From Guillardia theta CCMP2712 (lineage: Eukaryota > Protista > Cryptophyta): 64,000 nt of DNA. A model generated the notes under the pieces. That model was not told where the DNA came from, did not search any database, and saw nothing but the letters and a program-made list of their open reading frames with translations. The stretch is from positions 19,599 through 83,598 of the forward strand of contig NW_005434479.1 in assembly GCF_000315625.1 (NCBI RefSeq), in the 5' to 3' direction. Positions 12,356 to 22,439 of this stretch are shown here, piece by piece (position 1 is the first letter of the stretch; every line of letters starts with the position of its first letter). The position numbers and the translations under genes were made by a program.

Positions 12356-12530
12356 TTTGACCAACTTTGACCGTGGTCAAATGCAAGGGGATAGGTCACG
12401 CCGGGGTCAAATCGATGTAAACCGAGGTCAAATTAGAGTCAAACCGAGGTCAAAGAGTGAAAGAGGGGTCGAAGTGGTCAACCAGCGGTCAAATCTAAGG
12501 GGTTTACACGGAATAAAGGGGGTATAAAAC
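12356..12530 (+). promoter_or_regulatory. Cluster of GGTCAAA/TTTGACC motifs plus a TATA box upstream of the small gene at 12756
   Basis: Palindrome TTTGACC-gt-GGTCAAA at ~12366-12381, several further GGTCAAA-like copies to ~12493, and TATAAAA at ~12523. Confidence 0.45.
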
Positions 12531-12755
12531 AGTAAGCATGTGCCTTCATGTTCACAATACCGGCGGATCGCACGACAGCCCTTGCTAGCAGCACACAAGC
12601 GTCATAGTTTCGTCCTGCTGATTCCTGCACTTGCTCTCGAGCCTCAACCTCCTTACTTCAACGCTCTCTTCTGCTTCCGCAACTCTTCGTGGTGCTGGAG
12701 CTTGTCATCGGAATCTGAACTTGTTCTTGCGCATTTCCTTCAACTAGAATCGACC

Positions 12756-13055
12756 ATGCAGCGTATTCAACTTGCCGTGTATCAGGCCAATCTCTTTCGT
12801 GCCATGAGAAGAATGTCTTCCATTGCACTGGAAGAATCCGGGTCACGTGGATTTGGCTTGGACAAAACTAGAGTTGCTCAACAGGGCAAGAACTTCCAGA
12901 CGTATCATTCTTCTAGCTTTTCCCAGCCATCCATCAAGGAAGCTCGTGTGCAGTCGAAACAAGACCCTGCCACTCCTCTCAAACAGATTATACCTTTGAA
13001 GTCGGCGGAGGAGTACAAATCGGTCCTTCGCAAGTTCAATCAAAGTAGGCAGTAG
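12756..13055 (+). CDS. Small intronless protein with C-terminal PLxQIIPxKxxxEYxxxLRxFNxSR motif (paralog A)
   Basis: ATG at 12756 within ORF 12540-13055; C-terminus PLKQIIPLKSAEEYKSVLRKFNQSRQ matches the ORF at 15762-16178. Confidence 0.65.
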   Translation: MQRIQLAVYQANLFRAMRRMSSIALEESGSRGFGLDKTRVAQQGKNFQTYHSSSFSQPSIKEARVQSKQDPATPLKQIIPLKSAEEYKSVLRKFNQSRQ

Positions 13056-13635
13056 ATGTGTATCATAGCAGCCCTGTACTTTCATCTTGTATTATGAATG
13101 AACGTTGTTCTTTTCTGATTTCGACATTACTCGGTGGATCCTGATCTAATTTGAAAATCTCTGACGTTTCAGAATGACACTTGAAAGTAATTGATTACGC
13201 CAGTGTTTGGTTCTGCCTGGATTCTGTTGAGATCGTTGCAAGGTTATGTTATGTACTCTGCAAATCAAGCTGAAACGTCAAGTATGTCAGCGGGCGTGAA
13301 GTTCTATAGCAGTCAGCAACACATAGTCAAAACCATCATACGTATGGCTTTGTAGTAAGATACTGCTGTAAGATATCAACTCAGATCATTAGCGATGTGA
13401 TTTCGACTGAGTTCTGTCTAGAATATTGTATGCACTAGTGCTTCAGCAATCTCATCCCTGAAGTATGCATCCTTTGTAGAATCATCTCAAGAAGACATGC
13501 AAGTGCTCATGCAATTGGGTGTTCTTCCTGGTAATCAAGTATATTCCAAACAAAGAATACAAAGAACAATGAAATCAACTAACTATCAATAACAAGCTCA
13601 TGCGCGCTGCATGCGAGCTAAAGAATAATTAAAAT

Positions 13636-14829
13636 TCAGAAAACTTCCCCGAAATGAAGTTTCCTCCACGAGAACTTTTGTTGTCGGGTTGTTTTCGCTC
13701 CAACATGGGAAGAGATCCTCGCCTGATGAGAATGCTTGGGCCGAAGAGCGTTGGATTTCAACCTATCATTCCCTCCATTGAGGCTTCGAAGCACACTATC
13801 GCATGCCATGAAGTGTTGCAAAGTACTTCGTGCACCCATCAGAGGCTTCAGCTCAAATGTGCACTTGCTTGGAAAGCTGAGGCCAACGGGCTTGCCATAT
13901 TTCGCCTTCCTCGAGCCCGTAGCCTGCGCAGCTTTTGAGTTGGACATCCAGCTGAGGTAAACATTCCAAATCAATCCTCCCACAGCGAAGGCGTTGACTT
14001 GCTCTTCCACTGGGATGGCTGTGTACACCATTGCTCCCCATGCAGGCCAGAACTTGAACTCTGACTTAGTCACTGCCATGATGGTATTCTTCCAACTACT
14101 GTAAGCTTCCGACAAGGAATCGCCGCCTGCAAGTCTACGAAGCACAATGTTGGCAGAGTTCATGAAGGTCCCCCATGTTGCAGAGTCGAAAACCACTTTG
14201 ACAAGGAGCGCATTAAATTTTCCCAGGCTGTCAAATCCTACCATCTCACGGGGGAAAAGCATGTTGAGGTTGGAGAGCCAAACTGTTGTGCCGAAGCCAG
14301 CAAGGACAGTCCCAATGGCTCCAGCATTCACAGTCCTCTTCCAGTCTATCTTGGTTACTCCGGAGAGCTTCTGGGCAACTAAGTCTCCAAGGGCACTGCA
14401 TGATATGGCTAGAGGAACATTGCGAACCATCATGATCAAAGTCTCAGAGTTGAGAGCTACTTCTTCACTGCCTGGGAAGTTGCAAACGACAATAGCCGAC
14501 ATCATTCCCGCAGTAGCAGTGGTAAAGAGAGCCTGAGACGCTCTCTCTGGGGTAATGCTAGACTCTGGGGTTTGAACAGTTTCTGAGACAGTACAGGCAT
14601 TTGCCATTTCTGTCGCCGAAGTAGAAGAGAGATCCTTTGATGCAACTGTGGGTAGGAATGTCTTGGAAGTCGTTGCTGGCCACGCCTTGATTGGAAGCGG
14701 TCTCCTGACACAGACGGGCCCTGATATTGACGTATACGTTGCAATGCTGTTCTGAACCCTTGTATTTCCATGTCTTCTTGCGATTGACAACGAAGATATA
14801 CGAGGATACAACATGTTCTTGATCTCCAA
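13636..14829 (-). CDS. Mpv17/PMP22 family membrane protein, intronless
   Basis: Motifs LGDLVAQK, DWKRT, KVVFDSATWG and FKFWPAWGAMVYTAIPVEEQVNAFAVGGLIWNVYLSW are typical of Mpv17/PMP22; long N- and C-terminal extensions. Confidence 0.85.
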   Translation of the reverse strand: MEIKNMLYPRISSLSIARRHGNTRVQNSIATYTSISGPVCVRRPLPIKAWPATTSKTFLPTVASKDLSSTSATEMANACTVSETVQTPESSITPERASQALFTTATAGMMSAIVVCNFPGSEEVALNSETLIMMVRNVPLAISCSALGDLVAQKLSGVTKIDWKRTVNAGAIGTVLAGFGTTVWLSNLNMLFPREMVGFDSLGKFNALLVKVVFDSATWGTFMNSANIVLRRLAGGDSLSEAYSSWKNTIMAVTKSEFKFWPAWGAMVYTAIPVEEQVNAFAVGGLIWNVYLSWMSNSKAAQATGSRKAKYGKPVGLSFPSKCTFELKPLMGARSTLQHFMACDSVLRSLNGGNDRLKSNALRPKHSHQARISSHVGAKTTRQQKFSWRKLHFGEVF

Positions 14830-15651
14830 TCGATCAATTTAGATCATTCAGATCAGTGGACGGCTTTTGGACAGATATATCGAACTTCGATTGTACAGTG
14901 ATTCTCTTTGGAGCAAAGGATCCTATACTGTAAAGAGCAGAAGAGGAGTGGAAGATAGATGAGAGTATGAAAGGCGAGAGAGGAGGAGGAGAGGAGGAGA
15001 GGAGGAGAGGAGGAGAGGAGGAGAGGAGAAGGAGAGGAGGCGAGGAGGAGAGGAGGAGGGTTCGGTTGGAGACGCACTTGGAAACTTGTGCGATGAGGGA
15101 GGATTAATGGCGGGAGGGATGGGGGATGGCGCCTGGCAGGTCTTGCTGTGGGCTGTTGTGGAAGGTAGGGGTCCCTCGATGGTCAAATTTTGGGGTAGAG
15201 CCTCGAAAGCATCTCGTGGGGTGGGGGCGCAAGCGTCAGGTAGGGTGGTAGCAACAGTGCGTTTAATTGGCACCGGTCATAGCTCTTCCATGTATGGGTA
15301 TGGGTAGTCACCCCCGTCACAAGTTTGATTATGTTGGAACAACTTCGCTTGTAGTGGTGGGTAGAACTTGGGTTTATCATGGGTGGGTGAGTTCGAGTGT
15401 GTGAGTTGGATCATATTGGAGCAACGTGGTAGGTGGTGGTTGTGATGGAGGGGGTGGGGGTGGGGCAATCCCTGCACCCCCTGCCAAAACCCTGCTCAGA
15501 ATGAAGGGACAGCAAGGGATGGTAGGGGGGGGGGGTAGTCTCAAGGTAAAGCCAGTACGTAATCTGGGGGTGGTCTTGAGAGGTACGTGATCCGGGGGTG
15601 CGGAGCGTACTGGTCATACGAGTAGAACGCTGCGTTTTCAAATCGATACAG

Positions 15652-15746
15652 TTTGACCGTTCGGGTCAAACTGCATCGGTCAAAGATAACGGCTTCTATT
15701 TGACCACCCGTTAGACCCTTGTGGGATTTGACCTGGGGTCTCAAAG
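15652..15746 (+). promoter_or_regulatory. TTTGACC/GGTCAAA motif cluster upstream of paralog B
   Basis: Palindrome TTTGACC-gttcg-GGTCAAA at 15652-15670, plus GGTCAAA, TTTGACC and TTTGACC copies. Confidence 0.45.
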
Positions 15747-15761
15747 ATTTGCCTCACTGCT

Positions 15762-16178
15762 ATGGCCGCAAAGAAATGCAACAGCCCGCGCATGCTGTCA
15801 ACATCGCCCTCTCCCTCCTCCTCACCGACTTGTTCAGCTTCCTCCTCCTCTCTGTCAAGCTCACCCCTTGCATCGCCTTCGTCATGGCCTCAGGAAGCCT
15901 TCTTGGATTGCCCCGCATCGCCGCTGTCGATGCTTGGCGACGTCTCTTCATCCATGAGATCTCCTTCCTTTCTCTCCTTGTCGTTCAACGTTGCAAGTGG
16001 ATCAGGAGAAGAGAAGATGAAGAGCACGGGGAAGGGGAAGGGGAAGGGGGATGCAGATGATTCGATCAACAACTCAGAGCACTCTAGGCTGCCTTTGAAT
16101 CAGATTATCCCCATGAAAGCTATGACGGAGTACAGGGACATCCTTAGGCGGTTCAACGATAGCAGGAGATACCCTTGA
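15762..16178 (+). CDS. Small intronless Ser-rich protein with C-terminal PLxQIIPxKxxxEYxxxLRxFNxSR motif (paralog B)
   Basis: 138-aa ATG ORF ending PLNQIIPMKAMTEYRDILRRFNDSRRYP. Confidence 0.65.
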   Translation: MAAKKCNSPRMLSTSPSPSSSPTCSASSSSLSSSPLASPSSWPQEAFLDCPASPLSMLGDVSSSMRSPSFLSLSFNVASGSGEEKMKSTGKGKGKGDADDSINNSEHSRLPLNQIIPMKAMTEYRDILRRFNDSRRYP

Positions 16179-16322
16179 GTCCGCTCAGAACCAGCAGCGG
16201 TTTGTGTAAGAGCAGCTGCAAGATGGTCAGGGGGGAAGGAGGAAATGTAGTGTTGTGTGAACTGTAGACTGTTGTATTGTTTATATTGTTTCTAATTCTT
16301 TATTATTGAAATTCTCGGAATA

Positions 16323-17700
16323 TCAATCATTGGTATAGCATGTGTACTCCTCTCCTCGCCCGTCCGCCTCCTGTCCCCACTGTCCTACTGAGCATTCATT
16401 GCCATCTTTGACTTGACAATATGACGGAAAGCAACTTCTAGCGGCCTTGCTGTTCGAGATGGAAGGAGAGTACGGAGGCCTGCCCTTCGCTGGAAACCTC
16501 AGGTGCTCCTCCTCCTTCGTCGTCACTGTTGTACTCGGCCAGCTCTTCTTCTGTCCTCGGTGCCTAGTAGAGAGTGTCACGTCTGAAGGAACCGGAAGAC
16601 AGAGAAGGACAGTGAAAGCTCCGAGGGAAAAGTTGCAAGGCAGAAGGAGAGGAGAGGAGGAGAGGAGGAGAGGAGGAGAGGAGGAGAGGAGGAGAGGAGG
16701 AGAGGAGGAGAGCAAAGAGAAGGGAACCAGGAGCGAGTAGATATCCGGCTGTTCCGAAGTATCGCGTCCAAAGAAGTTGTCGAGGAAATTGGAAGCAGAA
16801 GGGTCGGCGATCATTGTGTCAACAGCCTCTGCCTCTGCCATGGAGTCAGGAAGATCTTCGAGATCAAGAGGAAGAGAGCAGGAGGTCAGAGAGGGTTGGA
16901 GAGGAAGTGAGAGGAAGGCGGTAGGGTGAGCAGGAAGTGGGCAGGGAACGAGGACGAGGGCAACGAGAGGTTCTACCCTCCTCTCCTGGCAATGTGACGT
17001 CGAGCTTCTCAGCGAGGTCTCGGCAGCTGTTAGATGTAAGCAATACAGCATGTGAGATGAAGATGGAGGGAGGAGACGAGGTGGATAGCGGGGAGGATGC
17101 AGAGGATGAAACATTGAGCGGAGAGAAGAAGAGGAAGGAAGGAGGGCAGTGTAGAGGATAGGGTTGAACGACGAGAGGGAAGCAAGACAGAAGACAATGA
17201 GGGATGAGAAAGGCGGTGAGAGACAGGTGGAAGAAGGAAGGCAGGAGCAGGAGAGGCATTCAAGAGGAGGAAGAGAGGAAAGGAGGAGCTAAGAAGAAGG
17301 AAAAGGAGACAAAAGAGGAGGGAATGTTGCTAACATTGTCAAGAGCTCAAGAACGACTTTTCTTCTCTCCTCCACGAAGGGTTTGAACCCGATACAAGAT
17401 TCGCAGTTCTGCACACCATGGCAAGTCAAGAGGAAACGTCGACGACGAAAACCAGGGGAGGGGAGAGAGAGACAAGAACGAAAGGGACCAAGTAAAGAGC
17501 AGAGAGCAGAAGACGATGAGAAGGAGAAGCGAGATGAGGAAGAGAAAGAGGACGGAGGGAGGGAGGGAGGGAGGGAGGGTGGGTGGGTGGGTGGCAGGGA
17601 GGCAGGCAGGGAGGCAGGGAGGCAGGGAGGCAGGGAGGCAGGGAGGCAGGGAGGCAGGGAGGCAGGGAGGAGCAAGAGCAGAAGCAGAGGCAGTAGCAGT

Positions 17701-17737
<37 letters not shown>

Positions 17738-19870
17738 CCAAGAAGTAATTCTACCTCATTGATGTTATCAAATCGTTTGAGTTGGCGCTGAAGTTCCAAC
17801 GAGAGGACGAGAAGAACATCTTCAATCTCTGAGGCGTCCTCGACCACAGAAATCCCTATCCCCTGTTCTCCTCCCCCTCCTTCATCTCCTCCCTGAGACC
17901 TTTCGTCTCTTTCTAGCGATAAAAGCGCTCTTTCCGTGTACTAGAAACAGCTCAGTGGTTTGGATTGCAAACCTGTTAAATCTCCAGCTCATCCCTCCTC
18001 CTCGTCTTCCTCCTCCTCATGCATCCATTACATGTGTCACTCCCTGACCTTCTTTCTCCTTTCTTCCTCTTCCTCCCCCATTTCTGTCCCTCTCCTCTTC
18101 ATACCTTACTGCTATCCTCCTGCTCCAATATCTCCAAGACGAGCTTCCTGGGGATGGCGGGGATGGAAGGCGGCAGGCTCACTCGGTCCTCTTCATTGTT
18201 CTGCTCCACAAACCCAAACCTCGTGAAGATGGCAAGGTTGGGAACCTGCAGGAGGAGAACGATGGGGAGAGAGGGAGACGAAGAGGGAGACGAAGAGGGA
18301 GAGGGAGAGAGGATGTAAGAAGGGAGTTGAAGGTAATTTGCAAGTACGACATGCCAGACAAGACGAGGAAGAGAAGCAGGGGGAGCACGGGGGGGCGGGG
18401 GGAGAGGGGGGTAGAAAGGTGAGTGGGAAGAGCGCGCAGGAGGGGGAGAGGGGCAGGGTGTCAGCTGAAGAAAGGGGGCAGGAATCTCACATTGCGAGCA
18501 TAAGGATGGGTCAACTCTTCTCCGGCCTCGATGTCTCTGCACGCTTCTGCACAGATCCGATCGCCATGCTGGATGAGGCGACAGTTCGGCTCGCGATCGT
18601 GATTGAGCAGGTCGATGAAGGGAACAAGCCCTCCTCGCGACCTCTTCTTCCCATCAACCTTGTCACTGGATCAGGCACAGAGGTAGCAGCAGCAGCAGCA
18701 GCAGCATTCACCTGCTGATCCCAGAAGTGGAAGCATCTTGACAATACCTGATGAGGAATGAGAGATGGGCGGGCAAGAGTGTCGAGGAGGAAGGAAGGTA
18801 ACGACAGAGAGGGAGGGGGCGGCTAGGTGAAGAATGCTGACCATGCTGTTGGCCCAGAACAGCACAGGAGGGACCCCTCCCGTCCCCTTGAGCTTCTCCC
18901 ACGCAGCTCGCAGCTTCGCGCGATGGTCAAGGAGGAGGAGAGAGACATGCGGGTCGACGGTTGCGAACTCCTCGAGCATGGCGCGGGTGAGGTTGGAAGG
19001 GATCTCCTTGCTGTCGGTGGTTGGGAAGAGCCACCAATACTCCGACCAGAAACCTTGACAGAAGTCATGAAGCATGTAGAAAGAAGAGGAGGAGAGAGGA
19101 AGGGAGAAGAAGGGAGAGGAAAGGAGAGGAAAGGAGAGGAGGAAGGAGACGTGCTAGTGGCAGTGGTGGAAATGTGAAGGATGGAAAGGAGGAAGAAGTC
19201 TGGGAGAAATGAGATATTGGAAGGATAGAGAGGGAGCTGAAGAGAGGAGGTAGTGAGAGGAGAGAGAAGGAGAGGAGAGGAGAAGGTAGTGAGAAATGAG
19301 GAAAGAGAAGGAGAGGAGAGTTTAAGCAGAGATCACCCGTGCCATCGAAAGCGGCTTTCTCAAGCACCTCCATCAGTTTGCCAGTCAAAGCGATCTCAGA
19401 GGTCCAGGCAATTCGCTTCTTGTCGAGGTCGCTTATGTTTCCTGCCACACGTGCTGTCAGAGAGATTCAAGAGAGAAGAGAACATGCCTGCTGCATCTAT
19501 CACCACCTGCCCGTCCTCGTACTTCACATCCTCAAGATCGATCTCGTGGAAGATGCAGAACTCCAGAGGAACAGCAACTGTTACATCCCCTGACGACAGA
19601 TGTTCAAAGTTTGAGGAGGCAGAGACATCGAGAAGAAGGCATTGACAAGGTCTCACCTGCCTTGAACGATCTGTTTGCGAACAACCCTCGTCCTCGCATC
19701 CCACTGTCAAGATCAGCATATACCTCCAAAGGATACTGCAAATGCACACAAGTCAGGGAGTCTTAAACATTGTTCACCATCCCACCTTGGAAAGAATCTC
19801 ATGAAACCTTTCCTTCGTCCTCTCTTCATCGGATTTTTTCATTTCTTGCTGATTTCATTCAACAAGGACC
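16323..19870 (-). CDS. SET-domain protein lysine methyltransferase (Rubisco LSMT/SETD6-like), multi-exon
   Basis: Spliced exons: GMRGRGLFANRSFKAG (~19660-19720), FWSEYWWLFP...FWANSM|VLSRCF, LVPFIDLLNHDREPNC...RDIEAGEELTHPY (~18490-18665), NLAIFTRFGF (~18200-18245). Both termini are approximate. Confidence 0.8.
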
Positions 19871-20203
19871 TGTCAAGAAGGAACTCAATGGAGTATAAAT
19901 TGCTGGAGATGCGAAGACTTCCTAATGTACAGACAAGAAACTGGAACAACAACCGTCTTATTCGCATCACTTCACCTCCTTTCCTCCCTCCCTTCACCCT
20001 CCCTCTCTCCTTCGCCCTGCACTTCGTGCTTCAATCATTCCCCGACGGCCTCATTTCGTAAAGTCCACATCCCCACTCTGACCAATAGGATGGTACCGAT
20101 TGATATGCCACCACCATACTCCCTAGCACCTTCCTACGACTCCTATAACCCTACCCCTTCCGAGCTAGACATACGGAGGGGTGCTTCCAATCGTGGCTTT
20201 TAG

Positions 20204-20466
20204 CATCGCTCCATATCTACATGACCATCGCTCCATATCTACATGACCATCGCTCCATATCTACATGACCATCGCTCCATATCTACATGACCATCGCTCC
20301 ATATCTACATGACCATCGCTCCATATCTACATGACCATCGCTCCATATCTACATGACCATCGCTCCATATCTACATGACCATCGCTCCATATCTACATGA
20401 CCATCGCTCCATATCTACATGACCATCGCTCCATATCTACATGACCATCGCTCCATATCTACATGA
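20204..20466. repeat. 22-bp perfect tandem repeat (CATCGCTCCATATCTACATGAC) x~12
   Basis: Seen directly; no spacers; partial copies recur at ~22093-22136. Confidence 0.95.
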
Positions 20467-20715
20467 TCGTCACTCCTTCGTGCCCTCTTCCCCTCCTTTC
20501 CATGATCCTCTTTCCTCACAACACGATCATCCCCTCCTCGTCGCTTGCATTTCTCGTCCTTACTTATCACTCTCTCGTATCCTTCTATTTTTCGATTGAA
20601 ATTCATCTCCCTAATGTTTCACACACTTTCCTCCCATTGTCTTGTCTTCCACCTTGTCGTCTTGTGCATCAACTCATCGATGTAGAATGACGTTTATCCC
20701 TTTCATATTATTGAC

Positions 20716-20796
20716 GTGATAGTCCTAGTCTTCCAAGTTCATTCGTGATAGTCTTAGTCTACGAAGTTCATTCGTGATAGCCTTAGTCTTCCAAGT
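20716..20796. repeat. ~29-bp imperfect tandem repeat x~3 (GTGATAGTCTTAGTCTTCCAAGTTCATTC)
   Basis: Seen directly. Confidence 0.75.
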
Positions 20797-22083
20797 GTGT
20801 CACTCGTCTCATTCATGCATCTTTGCCCTCCTTTCCCATTTGTCCTCATCACGATCCTACTCTTGCTGAATGACCTCCCCTCCATACCTCCCCCCCTCCC
20901 CCCCCGACCTTCACCCCCTATGGTGCCTTTGCTTGTCGTAGCGCTTCTCGTCATTGCGTATCATGGCATCCTGTCTTTCATCCACTGCCATGGTTGTCGA
21001 TCAATCGACACAGTCAGCTGCTCCCTCCTCGCCTGCCAGCTCTTTCTTGGCTGAGAAGTCTGATCAACTCGAGCAGGCGCGGGAAGCTGTAGACAGGAGA
21101 CTTGACGGATGTACTGACAACTGTGTCGTCAATGCCGTCGGCAGCCTGTCTACAACCCCGAGAGCACACGAGAAAGCGCACTTCCACACCAAAGGATTCT
21201 TGTGAAGGCATGTAAGCTCCCCATGAATGATGTAAATTGCCACTTGGGTGGGTTCAAGACCTGGAGTATTATAAAAAGAGAATCTGCTTTACAGCGCTTT
21301 GTTGACAGTGCCCAGGGAAATTGGCGTGAAGAGAGCAGGATCAACAATTCTTACAGCATTTAGTTCATATTAATCTATCCAGAAGTCGATGGCGTTGAGG
21401 TTCATCGACATGATCTTTCCGTATGTGAGGGCCCTGACCTGCAGCGGCAGTGAGATCAAACATCCTCTGCCGGCCAGCCCCGACCTGTCCGTTCCGGCAG
21501 ACGTGGATCGAGTACTGACAGAAGTGACCCTGAATGAGAGTGAGCACAGAGAGGAGGAGATGGCTTCCAGAACAACAATGATCTACAGAGAAAGGAACGA
21601 GGGGTGTGCTAGGAGGAGGAATGTGTGTAACGACCTCTGCCGTGCAATAGCTTCCGTTGAAAATCAAGCGGTAGGGAGGCCACCTGAGGCATGGCTTGTC
21701 AAGAGCGTCTCGATCGAGATGTCTTGTGCTCACAAGCTGTCGGGCAGTGTGAGCATCAAAGCTCCCTCATGGTCTCCTCTTGGTGAACTTCCTGTGACTA
21801 GCCCGTTGAAGAGGCAGCGACGTCCTTCACGCCTGGCGAACACAGGGCCGTAGACCTTAGCCATGATCAGCACAAGAAGAGGCCATGTGGGTGTTGAGCA
21901 AGCACCGGCTCGTTTGTCGCTTTGAAGCTGAGAGGTGCCAACACTCGTCAGGCTGGACAACAACGCTCGAGCTTCACTCACCCGTTCTGCAAGTTGAGCA
22001 TATGCTGCTCGTAGTCGCCCAGTAGGATTGATACCTGCCGTTCGAGCTGGAGGAAGCGAGCTTCGAGAGACGTGTTCCTGCGC
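20787..22083 (+). repeat. Direct duplication, copy 1 (copy 2 at ~32943-33953); contains 3' exons and introns of the gene at 33.2-35.3 kb
   Basis: 20787-20877 matches 32943-33033, and ~21165-22083 matches ~33036-33953 nearly identically (identical ORF translations at 21389/33260 and 21365/33236); copy 1 carries an extra ~285 bp. Confidence 0.9.
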
Positions 22084-22439
22084 ACTACATCACCATCTAC
22101 ATGACCATCGCTCATACCTTATCTACATGACCATCGATAACCCTTTCATACGGGGGCAAGCCACTGACAATCATTTGAGATCCATCTTCCTTGAATCCAA
22201 TCTTGCGATAAATTGGTAACCATTTCTCAATCAATAGAGTCTTATCCTGATCCGTTGCCCTAAGCTGATACATACCTAGATACTTAACTCCCTTCCATCT
22301 CTTTGTCTGAATAGGATCCAAAGGTATTTCCACTAACAATATTCTGAAAATCTGCTTGCTGAACCGGAAATCCTTCGGTAGTGTCAAAGGGTACATACCA
22401 CAACTTGATCTTTGTATTTTTACAAAATCACCCTGCAAG

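Noticed and set aside
20204-20466. CRISPR-like array
   Set aside because: Head-to-tail identical 22-mers with no spacers, no cas genes, and a eukaryotic context
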